Shown one piece after another: positions 59,853-64,000 of a DNA stretch of 64,000 nucleotides. The notes under the pieces were generated by a model. That model searched no databases. It was not told the DNA's origin and saw only the letters and a list, made by a program, of their open reading frames with translations. Each line of letters begins with the position of its first letter. Position 1 is the stretch's first letter. Where the stretch lies: the NCBI GenBank assembly GCA_029953675.1, contig JAMWBK010000002.1, positions 1,736,001 to 1,800,000 on the forward strand. Reading direction: 5' to 3'. This stretch comes from Rhodosorus marinus CCMP1338 (taxonomy: Eukaryota > Plantae > Rhodophyta). Both the position numbers and the translations under genes were made by a program.

Positions 59853-62800
59853 TCAGCTCTCTTCCGCTGCCGGTTTCGACTCAGTCCTTTCCTCGAGCGT
59901 TCCTGTTCCATGATCTGTTGGGTTTTCACTCTCGTTTACTTCTGATCCCCGCACCGCCTCCCTGTTCCGCGCAGTCTTCGGGTCTCCTGCAGTGGGGACA
60001 TCAGTTTGTGCTTGGGGTGCTTGCGACGCGTTCTGAACGGCTTGTTGGGAAGTAGGGGCAAAACCAGGGAAGCTCATCCCGGCCGGGGCAAACGGGAACA
60101 TCCACGGGGACATCATGCCTGCAGGGTATCCCGGAGGAACCGATGTATTTCCAGTGCTCTTTGAAGACGTTTCAGCTGGAGCAGCGTTTTTCTTCGATGA
60201 TTCGGTTTCATCGCTGGACACGTTCGGCAGTGGGGGAGGAAGTGGGGGTGGCGGCATGAAGAAGGGCGTGAACATTGGAGGGAAACCGAAGTACGCGAAT
60301 GAAGCTTGCTGCTCTGTTCCACCACCCTGAGCCTTGCTCTGCTGCCCTGATGCTTGAGGCATTCCGGGCATTCCCGATATACCAGGCATTCCAGCCATTG
60401 GTCCCATCCCTGGCATTGCACCCATGCCCTGCATACCGGGCATCCCTTGCATCCCATGCATCATCTGCATACCAGCCATGTTTTGCATAGCAGCAGCAGC
60501 ACCTGGCATTCCCGGCATTCCCGGCATTCCAGACATTCCAGGCATTCCCGGCATCCCTTGCATTCCCTGCATCCCGGACATAACGGCCATACCCTGACTA
60601 CCTGGCATCGCTGACAGTCCACTCGCAGTTCCCTCGGCACTTGAAGCAGCGGACACTACGTCAGCCTGGGACTGCTTTGCTTCTGCATTGTTACTCGTGA
60701 CAGCAGAACCAACGCCTGAATCTTGGGTTCTCCCCGTTCTGTGCTTTGCAGAGAGGCTGTCTGTCCCTGCTCTGGCAGGGTTCTCACTGGGAGCTGAACC
60801 CGCTCCAACATTTTGCGAGCTGTGTGCGCTCGGGTTTTCGCCACTAGCATCAGAATCTCCAGCGTGCAACCCTGGAGCGCCATGTGTTTGTTGCTTGGAT
60901 GGCCCTTCTCCAACGATCGGAGGGCCCCTCGCTGACTTCGCCAATTTTTTTGCGGTTGAAGACTTCCCGTGGCCGTCCCCTTCTCTACCCCATGTGCCGC
61001 TCACGCGGAAGGCATCCAAGCGATCTACCGGCCTGGTAGGCTGTTCCGAAAGGAAGAGCACGGGGAAAAGTCAAGAATCAGGAAGAGCACGCACAATAGA
61101 ACACATGTATTGGACTTGAGAAGCAGCGCGACTCTTTACAACATGCACAGCCATACGCAGGTCTGCCGTAGTGCAGCTAGTTATCGTCTCCGACATTTCA
61201 AACGCTAAGAATTGCACTTACCCCATCTCGAAACAGTTCGCACTGCGTAGCTTCACTCTTGACGCTGTTCGGTACGGTCTTCAACGGGTCGACTTTCGGT
61301 TGGTATCCATCCGGGATAATGTCATTAATGTTCCTGGCGAGCTCCTTGTTGACCTAGTGAGCAGCGCAAAAAAAACAACGACCGGTATTAGGATGGTTCA
61401 AGCCCCTTCTTACATGTCGGTTCCGCATTCCCCCTTTTTACGGAGTGCGGCAGACCTTTCTCAACGTCACTTCAGTTAGCCGAGTTACTTTACAAATTTC
61501 TTGCTGGGTTTTCTTCTTATCCTCCAGCTGGCACGCGAGATATATGGCAGCAGCTGAAATACTCATGGGATTGCGCCTGGAGCATATGTTCTTTTTTAGC
61601 ACTTTCTCCGCTATCCCAACTGCGCAAAGCTGCACGGACTCCGGTAGTCCCAAACGTCTGCAGAAGCTCGGCATGTGAACAGCGATAGACGCTGAGGTTT
61701 CAGGTCGCTGCCTCTGCATTGCTGTGTTCACAAGCTTCAGATATCTTGCGACTTCTTTTTCTGTCAAACCTGCGACCTTCGCAATATCGGATGGCTTAAC
61801 ATCTGGACCACTTTCCGCACCGCCTGGGAGGTATCTCGTTCGTTCAACTGCACAAACGAGAGAGGCAGTAGCGAGCGCCTCCACGTTCCTGTTTCTAAGC
61901 GACGTTCGTGATGCAGTGTGGCGAAAAATTCGGACAGCAAACTCCGATATTTCCTTAGGAATTTCCAGCAAACCGGAAAGCTCGAGGACTTGAAAATAAG
62001 CAACAACCGTATGTCGAGCATCCCCTCCGCTGAGTGTGCCTTGCGCGTTTCCAAAAGAACCTGTTTTGCCCTCAGAGAATTGCTCGTCTTTTCCGTCGCT
62101 TTCAATGTCCCCATTTCTCCATCCCTGCACCTCTGTTTTCACCCTAACCTTCTTGTCTGAATCCGAACCCTCCCTCGCCATTCCGGGCTGCCTTCCATTG
62201 TACCCAACGTACCTGGACCATAATCCAGTTGAGGATGTCAGCATCTCTTCCAAAGCGAAAATTTTCCCGAGGGTTCACTCGTTGAAATTTTATTTCGCAA
62301 CGTGTTAACCGGAAAGCTGAGCTTGAAATCCGTACCCCCCATACAGTGCATCCCCAATCAGGCGCTCCATCTCCGCAAGGTCGCCGCTGAAAGTTCTGGC
62401 TGTCGCAAGGTATGCCGGATCTCGCATTGGCGAGAGCATTCGAAAGGCCGTGACGAACCCTCGCGTGCAGTAAGGATCTTCCTCGATATCCTACAGTGCA
62501 ATCCCGGAAGTAGACGCTTAGTATTAGCATACCAAGCAAACGGAGTCATGCGCTTCATGGGAGAATCTACCTCATCAATCAGATCCTTGGATAAGAAGTC
62601 AGGCGCGACGACGCAATGCACCTCTTCAGTATCCGTCCACGCACAGTATTCCATCAGATCGCTACATCTAAACGTTGAGTAGCCGCATGTTTTCCGCCGG
62701 CTATCAGTAACAGACTCATATGTCGTTTGCACAATTCCTCTCAAACTCACCTCTCTTCAAGGACAGTGCGACAATCCGTACACTGTGTTGTTCGATTAGA

Positions 62801-63050
62801 AACGCTGCAGGACAAAAAAGTGAATAAAATCGAAGAGACAAGCCACTCTTAGACCAAAAAAATCAATACACAGTCACGTTTCATTTCACATTCCCATTGA
62901 CTCTGTCCAAAATCTGACCGGTTCCCAACGGATGTACTTCAAAATAAAACAATCCAGAACGGGTCAATTCATGACCAATTGGTGCGTTTCTCACTTTCTT
63001 CTAAGCTCGGCCTTGCCGCAGCTCAGGCACGACGAGTACGAGCCGAGCAT
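59853..63050 (-). CDS. PBRP1: Plant-type TFIIB-related protein pBrp; complement(join(59853..61040,61222..61353,61456..62212,62336..62490,62571..62667,62751..62804,62995..63050))
   Basis: The Zn ribbon is rebuilt from small exons (CLSC...CTDCRTVLEER), followed by EEDPYCTRGFVTAF and FSGDLAEMER. The cyclin folds carry pBrp signatures LRNRNVEALATASLV, SIAVHMPSFC and CSRRNPMSISAAAIYLACQLEDKKKTQQEICKVTRLTEVTLRKV. All six introns are GT-AG and frame-consistent. Attachment of the last exon is inferred. Confidence 0.9.
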
Positions 63051-64000
63051 GATGCCAAAAATAAATATTCGAAAAGCTAATCTCAGGTGTCCTCAGCTAT
63101 CCTTTGAAAACCTTTCTCAACGACTACCTGCTCAAGCTTAAATCCTTTTCTGTCTTAGCATCATCCACCCATCTTCAACCCGCCCTTACCCATTCCCTCT
63201 CCATAAAAAGGGCATCCACGCTAAAGCAACCCCATTCTTGCGAAGATCCAACGGCTTGAGATCCTAGCAAGAAAACAGTGGCCAACTTGAGTGCGTCATT
63301 GTCCAGGTGCTTCGCTTTTCCACAATTTTTGTCATATTTCCAAAACTTTTCCCAAGCCAAAAATCCCGCTAGTAGCCTTCTACAATGCAAAATTATGTTC
63401 CCTGACTACTACGAACTTGGATGCCTAGCTATTCTGGTGCTATAATTTAGATATATCTAGACTCTCAACAAAACTTATTATTTCACATTTACAATATATT
63501 GCTCAGATTTAAAGCGCTGAAGTTGCAAATCGAGATTCATCGTGGTCTTATTTGCCGGTGAAATGGAAAAGGGTAGAATTCCACCCAACTCGAACGGTTG
63601 GGAAACTTTTGAGGGGGGGTGCGATGTCCTTGAACTTAATATTTATTTTTGAAAACGCAATACCTCGAATTTCAAAAAGGGTGGGGGTTGAAACGAAGCC
63701 GACACACCCCTGTTTCCCCCCTGAATCCATGTTCTGAAAAAAAAGCGAACCATTGGAGAACCATAATCTCAATGGCGGTCACGTATCGAAGATTCAATAC
63801 GATGATAGTAATATCGATGTGACTTTGGAGAAGGACCTAGGCACTGCGGATGGGAATTCTGGACAGCTCCAATGTGTGCACCATGGCCGGATCTGGCTCC
63901 GCCTACTAGCAGAGAGCTGCTTAGAGGCTGTCGACCATGAAGAAGCTGGGAAAGGTTATTAGCTCTGTGCTTTCGGAAAGCCTCAAGTGTCAGGTTGGGG

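Noticed and set aside
59945-59985. TARNREAVR resembling a bZIP basic region
   Set aside because: No continuing basic residues or leucine zipper follow in any frame I checked.
1-64000. CRISPR arrays, rRNA, tRNA, snRNA or telomeric repeats
   Set aside because: I recognised none by eye. The tandem repeats lack unique spacers. tRNAscan-SE and Infernal would be needed to exclude small RNAs.

Overview
Compact eukaryotic nuclear DNA with short GT-AG introns (about 50-195 nt, often with CTAAC/CTGAC-like branch points). Two genes start with MAFV plastid transit peptides and a pBrp gene is present, so the source is very likely a red alga (inference). About 16 protein-coding genes could be rebuilt by hand: opine dehydrogenase, an unknown coiled-coil protein, RTEL1 helicase, plastid class I aldolase, GST, mL43-like protein, NDUFA12, a GRDP/DUF1399 protein, pinin-like protein, DNA polymerase alpha catalytic subunit, serine acetyltransferase, PRP4 kinase, an atypical SDR, two C2H2 zinc-finger paralogues and pBrp. 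Between them are two decayed Ty3/gypsy elements and several fragments of RLE-type (CRE-like) non-LTR retrotransposons. The most notable points are an intron-containing opine dehydrogenase, a Pol alpha C-terminus lacking the second Cys4 (CysB) motif, an mL43 with a hyperacidic tail, a pBrp with a Gly-Met-Pro repeat tail, a pinin with a SAP-like domain, and an SDR with His in place of the catalytic Tyr. I recognised no rRNA, tRNA or CRISPR. All exon models are manual and have not been checked against transcripts or databases.
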